DNA of 64,000 nt from Nitrospirota bacterium (GTDB taxonomy: Bacteria; Nitrospirota; UBA9217): positions 544,001 through 608,000 of the forward strand of contig CAVUCU010000004.1 in NCBI GenBank assembly GCA_963740085.1, written 5' to 3'. Below the pieces are notes generated by a model. It made no database searches. It saw only the letters and a list, made by a program, of their open reading frames with translations, and was not told where the DNA came from. Made by a program: the position numbers and the translations under genes. Shown here piece by piece: positions 19,986 to 30,138 of this stretch. Positions within the stretch are counted from its first letter, which is position 1. Every line of letters starts with the position of its first letter.

Positions 19986-22900
19986 ATGAAAAAAACAGTT
20001 ATCACTATATTGATCGTTCTGCTCGGCCTCGTTGCAGGGATCGAAGTCTACGTGCAGAGTGACGCCTTTGCGCTGAAGCTCCGACCCCTCGTGATCGAGC
20101 CGCTCAAAGAACTGTTAGGCGAGGATGCGACGATCGGCTTGGTAAAAGCCCACTTCTTCCCGCCTTATCTCGAAGTGAGGGACATCTCTATACCCGACGC
20201 AGGCGGGAACGAAGCCATCGCAATCAGGAGGATAAGGGCCTACCTTAACCCGCTCCCACTGCTCCTGAAAAAGATCAGGTTGCCGTCGATCTCAATCCTT
20301 GAGCCGCGTATCTACGTGGAGCGTGCAAAAGACGGCACGATCAATCTGAGCCCGCTTTTCGGCCGGATAAAAACGAACATGGCTCACAAAGAATCGGAGG
20401 GCGCATCCGGATACCATCTGCTGCTGAGTCATCTCTCGCTCACCAAGGGTCGGATCGAGTATAAAGATGGAAGGACTTCCCTCCATCTGTCAATGAGCGA
20501 CTTCAACATGACGGTCAACGTTGATAGTTCGCAAGAGAGGTTCACTACGAGGATAGGAAAATCCCGTTACCACGTTTCCGAGCCCTCTTATCCCGAGATC
20601 TCGGGAAATTTCAGGGCTACAGCGGTATACGATCGGGGACGGACGCATCTGGAGCTGGTTGAGCTGTCGACATCGGACGCTACGATGACTGTCTCCGGAG
20701 ATGCGGGATTGCTGCCGGAGTCCCCCCTCGATCTCAAGATCATGGTCAGGTCAGGTCCGCAGGTTATAGGCCGGTATCTCGACTTCTTGAAGCCGATCAA
20801 GAAACAGAAGGAATCCCGCTTCGATATACAGGCGCTGGTGCGGGGCAAGTTGTCCGATCCGGTCATCGAGGGCAGTGTCAAACTGTCGGCCGTTCCCTTC
20901 AGAGAATACCTGCTTCAAAGTGGGGTCCTGTCGTTCTCGTATCGGGACAAGAGTTTCACGATCGCCGGCAAGCAGTGGAAACTCATGAGGGGCGGAGCAA
21001 ACTTCCTCATCGATTCCATCGACGGATCACTGGGCATCAGCAGGGGAGGACTGGATATAGGGCGACTGGATATCCTCGTCGGCGACCTGGCGCTTCATGG
21101 CAGCGGCCGTGTGGACCCGTCTGCCGGTTTCGACGCCCTTCTGAGCGCGACGTCCTCGGCCAAAGGAAAGACAATATCCTTTCTGATTGGCCTGCCGTTT
21201 GAGGGAACTGGGAACGTGACCGGACGTCTTTCCGGTGCCGTGGCTTCACCCCGTTTCGACGGCATCGTTTCCGCGGGGTCCGTGACCGTGCGGGGCGTCC
21301 TCTTCAGCTCAGCGGACGGCAGGGTCGAGTATGAAAATAAGAAGATACAACTCTCATCCGTGGCCATTGCCGAGCATTCATCCCGTTACACCTTTCAGGG
21401 CTCCGTGGATCTGAACGGCAAAGAGCCGGTCTATGCAGCGCGGCTCCGGGTTCTTCGGTCAAATGTGGTGAACATTGTGGCATTGTTCTATAAGCAGCTG
21501 CCGCTCGCGCTTTCCGCTGCGGGAGAGTTGACGTTCAGCGGGACCGCACACGACTATTCGGGCACCGGGCATCTCACGCTCGACGCAGGCAGTGCGTATG
21601 GAGAATCTTTTGTCGGGGGGACTGTCACGGCATCGCTCACCACCGGCAAGATCGCCTTTCCGCAGGTGGTGCTCAATAAGGAACGGGGAATGGTGAAGGC
21701 AACCGGATGGATCGGGTTTCATGACGGGACGTATTCCGCTGATCTTGAAAGCAGGGGGATCGACCTTTCCACGGTAAACCGGCTGAACGGTTTGCCGGTC
21801 ACCGGGGAGGTTAAACTCGACATTCACTCCTCGGGAACCTTCTCCGTGCCCCTGGTCAAGGCCTCGCTTGATGTTGAAGCCCTCTCGTACCGTCAGATCG
21901 CAGTTGGCGGCATGCATGCCGAGGCTCAGATCCGTGATGGCGCGCTGTTGTTAAAAGCGGGGGTATCCGAAGGTCACGCGAACGTGTCATTGCACGGGAT
22001 GCTCCATAAGCCCTACCCCTGGACCGCTGACGTAAAGGTTCATTCAGAGGCCTTCGATCCCTTTTCCCTGATCGATAAAAAAGGGATCACTGACCAGGTG
22101 AAGGCGCTCGCTGAAGGCGCGGCGACGGTGCAGGGCCGTGGATTTGATCTTACGACGCTCTCGGGAGAGGCGATCTTCAAACGGTTAAGCCTGCTCGTCG
22201 GAGATTATCGTATCGACAACGATTCTGATGCAAGGCTTGTCGTGGAAGGAGGCAGAATATCGGTCGGTTCGCTGAATTTTGTCGGTGCAGACACCAGGTT
22301 CGGCATTACCGGCTGGGTCCGACCCATGGCCGAGATGGACGTCGTCCTGAAGGGCACGGTCAACCTTTCACTCCTGAAACTGCTGTACCGCGAGGTTGAG
22401 TACGCTGCAGGTGTCGCCGAGGTGAAGTTCGGGATCAAGGAAGACGGGAAAAACCCTTCCATGACCGGAGAACTGCTTTTGCGAAACGGAGAAGTAAAAA
22501 TCAAGGACATCCCCCAGAGGTTCACCTCATTGAACAGCAAGATCGTATTCGAACAGAACAGGATCGTCACGAACTCTTTGTCCGGAGAGATGGGAGGCGG
22601 CAAGTTGAGCGCATCAGGATGGGTGCAGCTTTCCGGATTAAAGCTCCAGGCGTTCTCCGCAAGAACATCCGTCGAGAATGTGACGGTCCGCTATCCTGAA
22701 GGGCTCACCTCGACACTTTCCGGGGAGCTGTATTATGATGGGGACGCGTCCGAGCAGTCCCTTGCCGGCGACATCGCAATCAAGCGTGCGCGGTATGATA
22801 AGCGGGTGGAGTGGAAGAGTATGCTCGTTGATATCGGCAGGGGGCTGTACCAGAAAAAGAAGACCGAGGTGGGATGGATCGGAGATACGCAGGTCAATGT

Positions 22901-23627
22901 TCGTTTCCACGGCGATAACAATATCCTCTTTGAGAACAATCTCGCTAAAATGCCTCTCATCGTGGATGTGTTTATCAGGGGCACGGTCAACCACCCGCAG
23001 CTCCTGGGCAGGATCGAGGTCCGGACAGGGGTGGTCTATTTTCGCAGGAACGAATTCAAGATACTTCGTGGTTCCGTGGATTTCGTCGATCCCAACCGGA
23101 TGAACCCTGTGCTGGATATCCAGGCGGAAACACAGGTGCGCGAATACCGGATCCGGCTCGCTGTCACGGGCACCGCCGATCGTGCGGTGGTCACGTTTGT
23201 GTCCGAGCCTTCGCTAGTCGATTCTGATATTCTCGCGCTCTTGACACTGGGAAAGACCGGAGCAGAACTTAAAGGGAAGGAAACCGGTGTAGGCGTAGGC
23301 GAGGCAACTTCGTTCGCCACCGGCCAGGTCCAGGATGTTATTGAGCGTAACGCCAAAAGGCTTATCGGGCTCGATCGTTTCCAGGTCGATCCATATGTCA
23401 ACAAAAGCGATACGTCCGTGCCCCGGGTCACCGTGGGCAAGGAACTCGTGCAGAACAAACTCGCTGTTACCTATTCATCAAACGTAGGCGCTTCAGCTCC
23501 GGAACAGAATTTCAGGATCGAATACCTCCTGGACAGGCACTTCTCACTCGTGGGAGAGGGGGTGGAAACCGAAAGCAACGGAACGAATATAGGAGCGGAT
23601 ATTAAATATCGATTTGAGTTCAAGTAA
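19986..23627 (+). CDS. tamB: Translocation/assembly module TamB
   Basis: N-terminal anchor, long beta-rich body, C-terminal DUF490-like region (NPVLDI, GLDRF, TVGK, IEY, ends YRFEFK). Confidence 0.85.
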   Translation: MKKTVITILIVLLGLVAGIEVYVQSDAFALKLRPLVIEPLKELLGEDATIGLVKAHFFPPYLEVRDISIPDAGGNEAIAIRRIRAYLNPLPLLLKKIRLPSISILEPRIYVERAKDGTINLSPLFGRIKTNMAHKESEGASGYHLLLSHLSLTKGRIEYKDGRTSLHLSMSDFNMTVNVDSSQERFTTRIGKSRYHVSEPSYPEISGNFRATAVYDRGRTHLELVELSTSDATMTVSGDAGLLPESPLDLKIMVRSGPQVIGRYLDFLKPIKKQKESRFDIQALVRGKLSDPVIEGSVKLSAVPFREYLLQSGVLSFSYRDKSFTIAGKQWKLMRGGANFLIDSIDGSLGISRGGLDIGRLDILVGDLALHGSGRVDPSAGFDALLSATSSAKGKTISFLIGLPFEGTGNVTGRLSGAVASPRFDGIVSAGSVTVRGVLFSSADGRVEYENKKIQLSSVAIAEHSSRYTFQGSVDLNGKEPVYAARLRVLRSNVVNIVALFYKQLPLALSAAGELTFSGTAHDYSGTGHLTLDAGSAYGESFVGGTVTASLTTGKIAFPQVVLNKERGMVKATGWIGFHDGTYSADLESRGIDLSTVNRLNGLPVTGEVKLDIHSSGTFSVPLVKASLDVEALSYRQIAVGGMHAEAQIRDGALLLKAGVSEGHANVSLHGMLHKPYPWTADVKVHSEAFDPFSLIDKKGITDQVKALAEGAATVQGRGFDLTTLSGEAIFKRLSLLVGDYRIDNDSDARLVVEGGRISVGSLNFVGADTRFGITGWVRPMAEMDVVLKGTVNLSLLKLLYREVEYAAGVAEVKFGIKEDGKNPSMTGELLLRNGEVKIKDIPQRFTSLNSKIVFEQNRIVTNSLSGEMGGGKLSASGWVQLSGLKLQAFSARTSVENVTVRYPEGLTSTLSGELYYDGDASEQSLAGDIAIKRARYDKRVEWKSMLVDIGRGLYQKKKTEVGWIGDTQVNVRFHGDNNILFENNLAKMPLIVDVFIRGTVNHPQLLGRIEVRTGVVYFRRNEFKILRGSVDFVDPNRMNPVLDIQAETQVREYRIRLAVTGTADRAVVTFVSEPSLVDSDILALLTLGKTGAELKGKETGVGVGEATSFATGQVQDVIERNAKRLIGLDRFQVDPYVNKSDTSVPRVTVGKELVQNKLAVTYSSNVGASAPEQNFRIEYLLDRHFSLVGEGVETESNGTNIGADIKYRFEFK

Positions 23628-23668
23628 TGTTCACCAAGAGCGTGGTTGCCATTTTGCCGGGTGCGGTT

Positions 23669-26350
23669 TCAATGAGCTTCATCCCAGTTCTTGCCCACGC
23701 CCATATCCACCCTGATCGGCACCGAAAGCGTGAGCACTCCTTCCATTTCTTCTTTGACAAGCTTTTTCATCGGTTCTATCTCCCGGTTCAGCACTTCGAA
23801 TACAAGCTCGTCATGCACCTGAAGGATCATTTTTGATCCGAGGTTCTCCCGCGCGATCCGCTTCTGGACGTTGATCATCGCAAGTTTAATAAGGTCCGCT
23901 GCGGTCCCTTGAATGGGAGTGTTGACTGCCATGCGTTCTCCGAAGTTCCGAACTGCCGCCGCCGATGAGGTGAGCTCGGGGATAAAGCGGCGCCGGTTAA
24001 AGAGCGTGGAGACGTAGCCGTTCGTCCTTGCGTCCCTGATGGTCCGGTCTATGAACTCTCGTACTTTGGGATATTGCGCGAAATAATCGTCGATGTACCG
24101 TTTTGCCTCGGCATTCGAGACCCCGATGTCCTGCGCGAGGCCGAACGCAGATATGCCGTAAATAATGCCGAAGTTGACCGCCTTAGCCTTGCGCCGCATT
24201 TCGGGAGTGACCTCTTCCGGGGTAAGCCCGAAGATTTCCGACGCGGTACGGGTGTGGACGTCTTCCTCGCTCTGGAAGGTCTTGATAAGCGCGGGGTCAT
24301 TGCTCATATGAGCGAGGACGCGCAGCTCGATCTGGGAGTAATCGGCCGAGAGCAGGCTTGCGCCTTGTTCAGCGATGAACGCCTGTCTGATCTCCCGTCC
24401 CACGTCGGTGCGTATGGGGATGTTCTGGAGGTTCGGCTCGCTGCTTGAAAGCCTGCCGGTAGCGGCCACGGTCTGGTTGAGCGAGGTATGAAGTCTGCCC
24501 GTCTTCGGATTGATCATCAACGGCAGTGCATCGATATAGGTGGACTTGAGCTTCGAGAGCGTACGGAATTTCAGGATCTCCGCCGGCAGGGGATGCACGG
24601 GGGCCAGCTCTTCGAGCACGTCTACATTGGTCGAGAACCCTGTTTTGGTCTTCTTGGTCGGTGTGAGTTTCAATCTCACAAACAGGATCTCCGCAAGCTG
24701 CTTCGGTGAGTTGATGTTGAATTCTGTTCCGGCCAGCTCGTAAATGGTCCTTTCTATTTCCGCCATCTCAAGGCCGAGCCTCTTCGACATGAGCTTCAGA
24801 AAATCGGCGTTGATCTTCACGCCGGTGCGCTCCATGTCAACGAGGACCTCCATGAGCGGCATCTCCATGTCGAGGAAAAGCCTTTCCAGATTCTGTTCCC
24901 GAAGCAGGGGGGCAAGCGTTTGTTTCAGTCGGAGCGTTATATCCGCGTCTTCACCGGAGTAGCGGGTCGCGGTCCGAATATCCACCTCGGCGAATCCTCT
25001 CTGCTTTTTCCCGGACCCCGTGACCTCGGCGTAGGTGATGGTCTTGTGGTTAAAATACTCAAGGGCAAGCGAGTCCAAACTGTGGGATGCCTTGCCGGGA
25101 TTCAGAAGGTATGAGGCGATCATGGTATCAAAGGAAACGCCCTTAACATGAACTCCATAATGCCCGAGCACGAGCAGGTCGTATTTGACGTTCTGCCCGA
25201 TCTTCCTGACCGAGGGATTTTCCATGACCGGCTTGAGCGCGCCGAGGGCGTGGTCGAGGCCAAGCTGTTTCGGCGCTCCCGGGAAGCTATGACCGAGGGG
25301 GAGGTAATATGCATGGTGGGGCCGCAGGGCAAACGAGATCCCGACCAGTCCCGCCTGCATGGCATCGCGCGATGTGGTTTCAGTATCAAAACAGAATTCT
25401 TCCGCCGATGAGAGGGCGCCGATCAGTTCCTGAAGATCCTTATCCTCAAGAACCGTGCAATAGTCCACGTCCTGTTCGGGTTCCTGGATGACGTACTTCA
25501 GAAGTGCGGTGAATTCAAGCTCCTTTAATATCTTGAGCAGGGCAGGGCCGTCAGGCGCCTTGAGCTTCAGGTCGTCATAGTTGATCTCGATCGGCACATC
25601 GGTATGAAGGAGCGCAAGCTCGCGGCTCAGCCTGGCGAGGTCCGCGTGCTCAATGAGCGATCGTCTCAACTTCGGCTTTGCGATCTCATGTGTGTGGGCG
25701 AGCAGATTTTCAATGGTCCTGTATTGTTTGATGAGGACTTGCGCGGTCTTCTCGCCGATGCCGGGCACACCGGGGATATTGTCCGATGCGTCTCCCATGA
25801 GGCCCATGATCTCGACCACCTGGTCGGGCGGCACGCTGAAGCGCTCTTCCACATCCATGGGCTCGTAGACCTTGTCCTTAAGTGTGTCATAGACTTTGAT
25901 CCGGGGTCCCACGAGCTGGAGAAGGTCCTTGTCACCCGTGACGATGGTGATATCCGTGCCGTGCGCTTCCGCATGACGCGCGAGCGTTGCGATCACATCG
26001 TCGGCCTCCTGACCGTCGATCACGAACACCGGGATGCGGAAGGCCTCCACCAGTTTATGGATATAGGGGATCTGGGGGATGAGGTCTCTTGGCATGGGAG
26101 GCCGGTGTGCCTTGTATTCCTTGTATTCACCATGTCTGCGGGTCGGACCCTTGGGATCGAACACGATGGCAAGCAGAGACGGCGTTTTGTCCTTGATAAC
26201 CTTCAGCAGCATGTTGGCGAAGCCGAAGACGGCATTCGTAGGCAAACCGGTGGAGGTGCTGAGCCCCCGTATTGCATAAAATGCGCGGTAAACGTATGAG
26301 TTGCCGTCGATAATAGTGAAATTGTTTTTTGAATTATCGCTCGTGTTCAT
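23669..26350 (-). CDS. polA: DNA polymerase I
   Basis: 5'-nuclease IDG..YRAFYA and EADD; 3'-exonuclease FDTETT; polymerase motifs DYSQIELR, KAVNFGIIYG, QVHDEL. Confidence 0.98.
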   Translation of the reverse strand: MNTSDNSKNNFTIIDGNSYVYRAFYAIRGLSTSTGLPTNAVFGFANMLLKVIKDKTPSLLAIVFDPKGPTRRHGEYKEYKAHRPPMPRDLIPQIPYIHKLVEAFRIPVFVIDGQEADDVIATLARHAEAHGTDITIVTGDKDLLQLVGPRIKVYDTLKDKVYEPMDVEERFSVPPDQVVEIMGLMGDASDNIPGVPGIGEKTAQVLIKQYRTIENLLAHTHEIAKPKLRRSLIEHADLARLSRELALLHTDVPIEINYDDLKLKAPDGPALLKILKELEFTALLKYVIQEPEQDVDYCTVLEDKDLQELIGALSSAEEFCFDTETTSRDAMQAGLVGISFALRPHHAYYLPLGHSFPGAPKQLGLDHALGALKPVMENPSVRKIGQNVKYDLLVLGHYGVHVKGVSFDTMIASYLLNPGKASHSLDSLALEYFNHKTITYAEVTGSGKKQRGFAEVDIRTATRYSGEDADITLRLKQTLAPLLREQNLERLFLDMEMPLMEVLVDMERTGVKINADFLKLMSKRLGLEMAEIERTIYELAGTEFNINSPKQLAEILFVRLKLTPTKKTKTGFSTNVDVLEELAPVHPLPAEILKFRTLSKLKSTYIDALPLMINPKTGRLHTSLNQTVAATGRLSSSEPNLQNIPIRTDVGREIRQAFIAEQGASLLSADYSQIELRVLAHMSNDPALIKTFQSEEDVHTRTASEIFGLTPEEVTPEMRRKAKAVNFGIIYGISAFGLAQDIGVSNAEAKRYIDDYFAQYPKVREFIDRTIRDARTNGYVSTLFNRRRFIPELTSSAAAVRNFGERMAVNTPIQGTAADLIKLAMINVQKRIARENLGSKMILQVHDELVFEVLNREIEPMKKLVKEEMEGVLTLSVPIRVDMGVGKNWDEAH

Positions 26351-26417
26351 GAGGTGAAAGTATAGCGTACCTGCGTAAGAAAGACAATGGGAGAATCGCG
26401 ATATGGGTCCGTTTATT

Positions 26418-26527
26418 CACCACCGAGACGCGGCGGCACGGAGGGAAAACGAATTGAACGAATAGTATAGGATGTGCAGTTAACGTCATAATAAAATTTC
26501 AATAAACTCCTGCCTCCGCGCCTCCAG
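26418..26527. repeat. 8-nt-period inverted tandem repeat
   Basis: CACCGAGA CGCGGCGG CACGGAG ... CTCCTGC CTCCGCGC CTCC. Confidence 0.6.
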
Positions 26528-26618
26528 AATTCAGTATATTTAGCATCCTTTGTGTTTACCCAAGGTCCCTTGCCATGACACAATAAGAGAGTAGTTCATG
26601 TATCTCCGAAAGAATTTC

Positions 26619-26648
26619 TTGACAGCAGAAGAGATTATGTTGTATAAA
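26619..26648 (+). promoter_or_regulatory. Candidate promoter for tRNA-Thr
   Basis: TTGACA-18 nt-TATAAA. Confidence 0.45.
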
Positions 26649-26696
26649 CAACAGTCTGTTACACGCGTTTTTTCATCAATTCCTTTCCCTCCTCAG

Positions 26697-26772
<76 letters not shown>

Positions 26773-26842
26773 TTTTATTTAAAATTGAACCGTTTCGCCG
26801 GTCAAACCTGGAACAAAAACAAATGTGAACAAAAAGAAAAGG

Positions 26843-26871
26843 TTGACATTACAAATAAATATGTTTATATT
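26843..26871 (+). promoter_or_regulatory. sigma70 promoter for the pgsA-like/HTH/DUF512/aroE operon
   Basis: TTGACA-17 nt-TATATT. Confidence 0.7.
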
Positions 26872-26903
26872 TACATTCATTGAGCGTATCCAACGGGGTG
26901 CCA

Positions 26904-27428
26904 ATGAACCTTCCAAACTATATCACTCTTGTCAGAATTGTCCTCATCCCGTTTTTTATTAATTTGATGATCTACGGATACTACCAATCGGCGCTTGCGG
27001 TTTTTGCCGCGGCATGCGTGACTGATGCGCTTGATGGATTGATCGCGCGAGTTACCAATTCCATGACTGAATTGGGTGCGCTTCTGGATCCGATCGCGGA
27101 TAAATTGCTCATTCTCTCCGCTTTCGTGACCCTGGTGCTGCTCAGAATGCTCCCGGTATGGCTTGTCATCATCGTGGTGAGCAGGGATGTGATCCTGGTC
27201 CTCGGCAGCCTCGTTATCTATTTTTTGGGGCACGACTTGAAGGCCAGGCCGTCGTTCATCGGTAAGGCCACAACAGTGTTGCAGCTGTTCGTGGTAACGC
27301 TCTCGCTGGTACTGAAGGCGTTCGGCAAAGAGCTGGCGGGGACATACGTACTGCACTGGACAACAGCCGTGTTCACGCTGGTTTCGGGCATTCAGTATGT
27401 CGTGCGCGGCACCAGGATCGTCGGCTGA
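26904..27428 (+). CDS. CDP-alcohol phosphatidyltransferase (PgsA family)
   Basis: MNLPNYITLVR; DALDGLIAR...G..LDPIADK signature. Confidence 0.92.
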   Translation: MNLPNYITLVRIVLIPFFINLMIYGYYQSALAVFAAACVTDALDGLIARVTNSMTELGALLDPIADKLLILSAFVTLVLLRMLPVWLVIIVVSRDVILVLGSLVIYFLGHDLKARPSFIGKATTVLQLFVVTLSLVLKAFGKELAGTYVLHWTTAVFTLVSGIQYVVRGTRIVG

Positions 27429-27467
27429 TAATTGATAATTGTAGTGACACTTTTACACGGAGGGTGA

Positions 27468-27902
27468 ATGAAGATATCCGATATGATCAGACAGGCACTT
27501 GAGAAGAAGGGTTTCAAGAATCTGAAGGATGCCTCGAAGGTGCTCGGCATAAGCCCGGAACTTCTGCGGGTCACGATCAATAAAGGGCATATACCGAAGG
27601 ACTCGACACTCATGGTGATCGCGAATAAGCTGGGTATCGACAAGTCCATGCTCGTTCTTGCTGCCCATCAGGAAAAGGTCCCCGACGAGGTCAAGGGTTT
27701 TTTCCTTTCTCCTTCGCAGGTAAAGTTCAGGCGAGGGAAGCGTAAATATCCGCTTTCCGAAGAGCAGACCAATTACCTGGAAAAGATCCTGAGCGTTGAC
27801 GAGATCATGCTAGTTCGGAAATTCCGGCAGGTGACCGATGAGGCCATGGTACAGATTGCGGGGTATGTTGATTTCATGTTCGCCTCCAAGAAGAGATCCT
27901 GA
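27468..27902 (+). CDS. XRE-like helix-turn-helix protein
   Basis: LKDASKVLGISPELL...P...L..IANKLGI pattern; SD GGAGG. Confidence 0.6.
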   Translation: MKISDMIRQALEKKGFKNLKDASKVLGISPELLRVTINKGHIPKDSTLMVIANKLGIDKSMLVLAAHQEKVPDEVKGFFLSPSQVKFRRGKRKYPLSEEQTNYLEKILSVDEIMLVRKFRQVTDEAMVQIAGYVDFMFASKKRS

Positions 27903-29195
27903 TTGCTCGAGATTGTACATATCCTGCGGGGCGGTACCGCTGAAGGACTGGGTCTAAAAGCGGGGGATGTGCTCGACTCCTTGAATGGAAAAGAAGTCCA
28001 TGACGTTATCGATTACCGTTTTTTGGTCGCTGACGAACGTATCATTCTTTCGTTTCATACGAAGGATGGCCAGGCCCGAAAGCTCATTATCGAGAAAGAT
28101 CCAGACGACAGCCTTGGACTGGAGTTCTCTCCGTTCCGCATCACCCGGTGCCGCAACCGGTGTATCTTCTGCTTTGTCGATCAGATGCCGTCTGGTTGCC
28201 GGAAAAGTCTGAACATCAAAGATGACGATTTCCGGGCTTCATTCCTGCACGGGAATTATATTACGCTCGGCGCTCTTTCAGAAAACGACTGGGAAAGGAT
28301 TTTTCGTGAGCGGTTGTCTCCGCTCTATATATCCGTCCATACCACGGACCACTCGCTCCGTATGTTCATGCTTGGAAACAAGAAGGCCCCTGACATCCTG
28401 GCGAACATGAAGCGTCTGGCCGCGGGCGGCATTTTGATGCATACACAGATCGTTCTCTGCCCCGGGATAAACGACGGCGATCACTTGCAAAAGACGCTGG
28501 ACGACCTGTCCGGTCTGTTCCCGGCGGTTGCTTCCATAGCGGTGGTCCCGGTGGGATTAACGGCGTTCAGAAAAAAGTTATTTCCTCTCAGGTTGTTCAC
28601 CGAGTCTGAGTCGCGTGCGGTGATCAAGCAAATTGCCCAGGCAGGGTCGCGGTTCAAACGACAGCTCGGGACCCGTCTGGTATTTGCCTCTGATGAGTTC
28701 TTCATCAAGGCGGGAGAGCCTTTCCCTCCGTTGTCTTTTTACGAAGAACTGCCCCAGAAGGAGAACGGTGTTGGCATGGTGTCCGACTTCCTTCAGGATG
28801 TTTCACATACCCGGATCCCGAAAAAGACAGCACCGATAAACCTGACCCTGCTGACCGGGGTATCGTTCGGCGGTATTCTCAAACGCGCACTTATGCGGTT
28901 GAGAACGGTTGAAGGACCAAAGATCAGACTGGTGATCGCGAAGAACTTTTTTTTCGGGCCTTCGGTCACGGTTGCGGGGCTCTTGACAGGACAGGATATC
29001 ATCCGGGCGCTCAAGGGTAAGCGTTTGGGGGACCTCGTTTTGATACCCTCAAGTGCGCTGAAGGAAGATGAAGACCTGTTCCTTGACAACATGCGCCTCG
29101 AACAGTTGGAGCTGATGCTCTCCGTCAAAGTACGGAAGGCGGAGACCTTCAGTGAATTAGTGTCCGTGCTGCGCGGTGAAGGGAGGAGCTTATGA
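27903..29195 (+). CDS. PDZ + radical SAM DUF512-family protein
   Basis: PDZ-like N-terminus, CRNRCIFCFVDQ, KDDD..SFL.GNYITL, ASDEF, ENGVG, VAGLLTG; TTG start. Confidence 0.9.
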   Translation: MLEIVHILRGGTAEGLGLKAGDVLDSLNGKEVHDVIDYRFLVADERIILSFHTKDGQARKLIIEKDPDDSLGLEFSPFRITRCRNRCIFCFVDQMPSGCRKSLNIKDDDFRASFLHGNYITLGALSENDWERIFRERLSPLYISVHTTDHSLRMFMLGNKKAPDILANMKRLAAGGILMHTQIVLCPGINDGDHLQKTLDDLSGLFPAVASIAVVPVGLTAFRKKLFPLRLFTESESRAVIKQIAQAGSRFKRQLGTRLVFASDEFFIKAGEPFPPLSFYEELPQKENGVGMVSDFLQDVSHTRIPKKTAPINLTLLTGVSFGGILKRALMRLRTVEGPKIRLVIAKNFFFGPSVTVAGLLTGQDIIRALKGKRLGDLVLIPSSALKEDEDLFLDNMRLEQLELMLSVKVRKAETFSELVSVLRGEGRSL

Positions 29196-30040
29196 CGATA
29201 TCGGGAAGGACGACGATCTACGGCATATTCGGTCATCCTGTGGAGCATACCTTCTCGCCGGGGATGCATAATAGCGCATTCAAAAAACTCGGCATGGACG
29301 CCTGTTATGTGCCCTTTGCGGTCCCTCCCGGGAATCTGGAGGATGCCGTGCGAGCGGTGGTTCCTCTCGGTCTCCGCGGATTGAACGTCACGGTCCCGCA
29401 TAAAGAACGGGTGCTTGCCTTTCTCGACGAACTTTCTGAAGAGGCGCGGCTGATCGGTGCGGTGAATACGATCGAAATCAGGAAGGGCCGTCTGATCGGC
29501 CACAATACCGATGGGAGAGGGTTCCTTCGCTCACTCAGGGAGCATGGGGGACTGGATCCAAAAGGGAAAAAATTTTTGTTCATCGGTTCGGGCGGTGCGG
29601 CCCGCGCGGTGAGCTTCAGTCTCGCGCTGGCGGGCGCTGCCGCGATCGTCTTCAGAGACCTTGATGCCCGAAAGGCGTCTTTACTGGCAAATAATATCCG
29701 GGAAAAGACCGGGGTTCCGGCAATGACCATAGGACAAGAGACTCTCCGGGAGTACGCGGATGATGCCGATTGCCTGATAAATGCCTCTCCGCTCGGTCTT
29801 AAGAGAACGGACCCCCTGCCGATGCCCGCGCAACTCATCAAGAGAAAACATCTCGTCTGTGATCTTGTCTATAACCCGCCGGAGACCGCATTTTTGAAGG
29901 CGGCGAAAAAGCAGGGGGCCAAAAGACTATCCGGTCTCGGCATGCTTCTATTCCAGGGGGTTATCGCTTTCGAAATATGGACCGGGGAAAAAGCGCCGGT
30001 TCTGATCATGAAGAACGCACTTGCAAGGCAGATTCGATAA
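29192..30040 (+). CDS. aroE: Shikimate dehydrogenase
   Basis: GHPVEHTFSP, NVTVPHK, GAVNT, NTDG, GSGGAARA, DLVYNP. Confidence 0.96.
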   Translation: MTISGRTTIYGIFGHPVEHTFSPGMHNSAFKKLGMDACYVPFAVPPGNLEDAVRAVVPLGLRGLNVTVPHKERVLAFLDELSEEARLIGAVNTIEIRKGRLIGHNTDGRGFLRSLREHGGLDPKGKKFLFIGSGGAARAVSFSLALAGAAAIVFRDLDARKASLLANNIREKTGVPAMTIGQETLREYADDADCLINASPLGLKRTDPLPMPAQLIKRKHLVCDLVYNPPETAFLKAAKKQGAKRLSGLGMLLFQGVIAFEIWTGEKAPVLIMKNALARQIR

Positions 30041-30076
30041 TGCATTATAAAATCGGGGTAATGTGATTCAGATATC

Positions 30077-30105
30077 TTGACATGCATTCATTATTAAAGT
30101 AAGAT
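30077..30105 (+). promoter_or_regulatory. sigma70 promoter for the pil operon
   Basis: TTGACA-17 nt-TAAGAT. Confidence 0.65.
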
Positions 30106-30138
30106 AATCAGTATAATTTTTTATTTAGGGGAGTCCTT

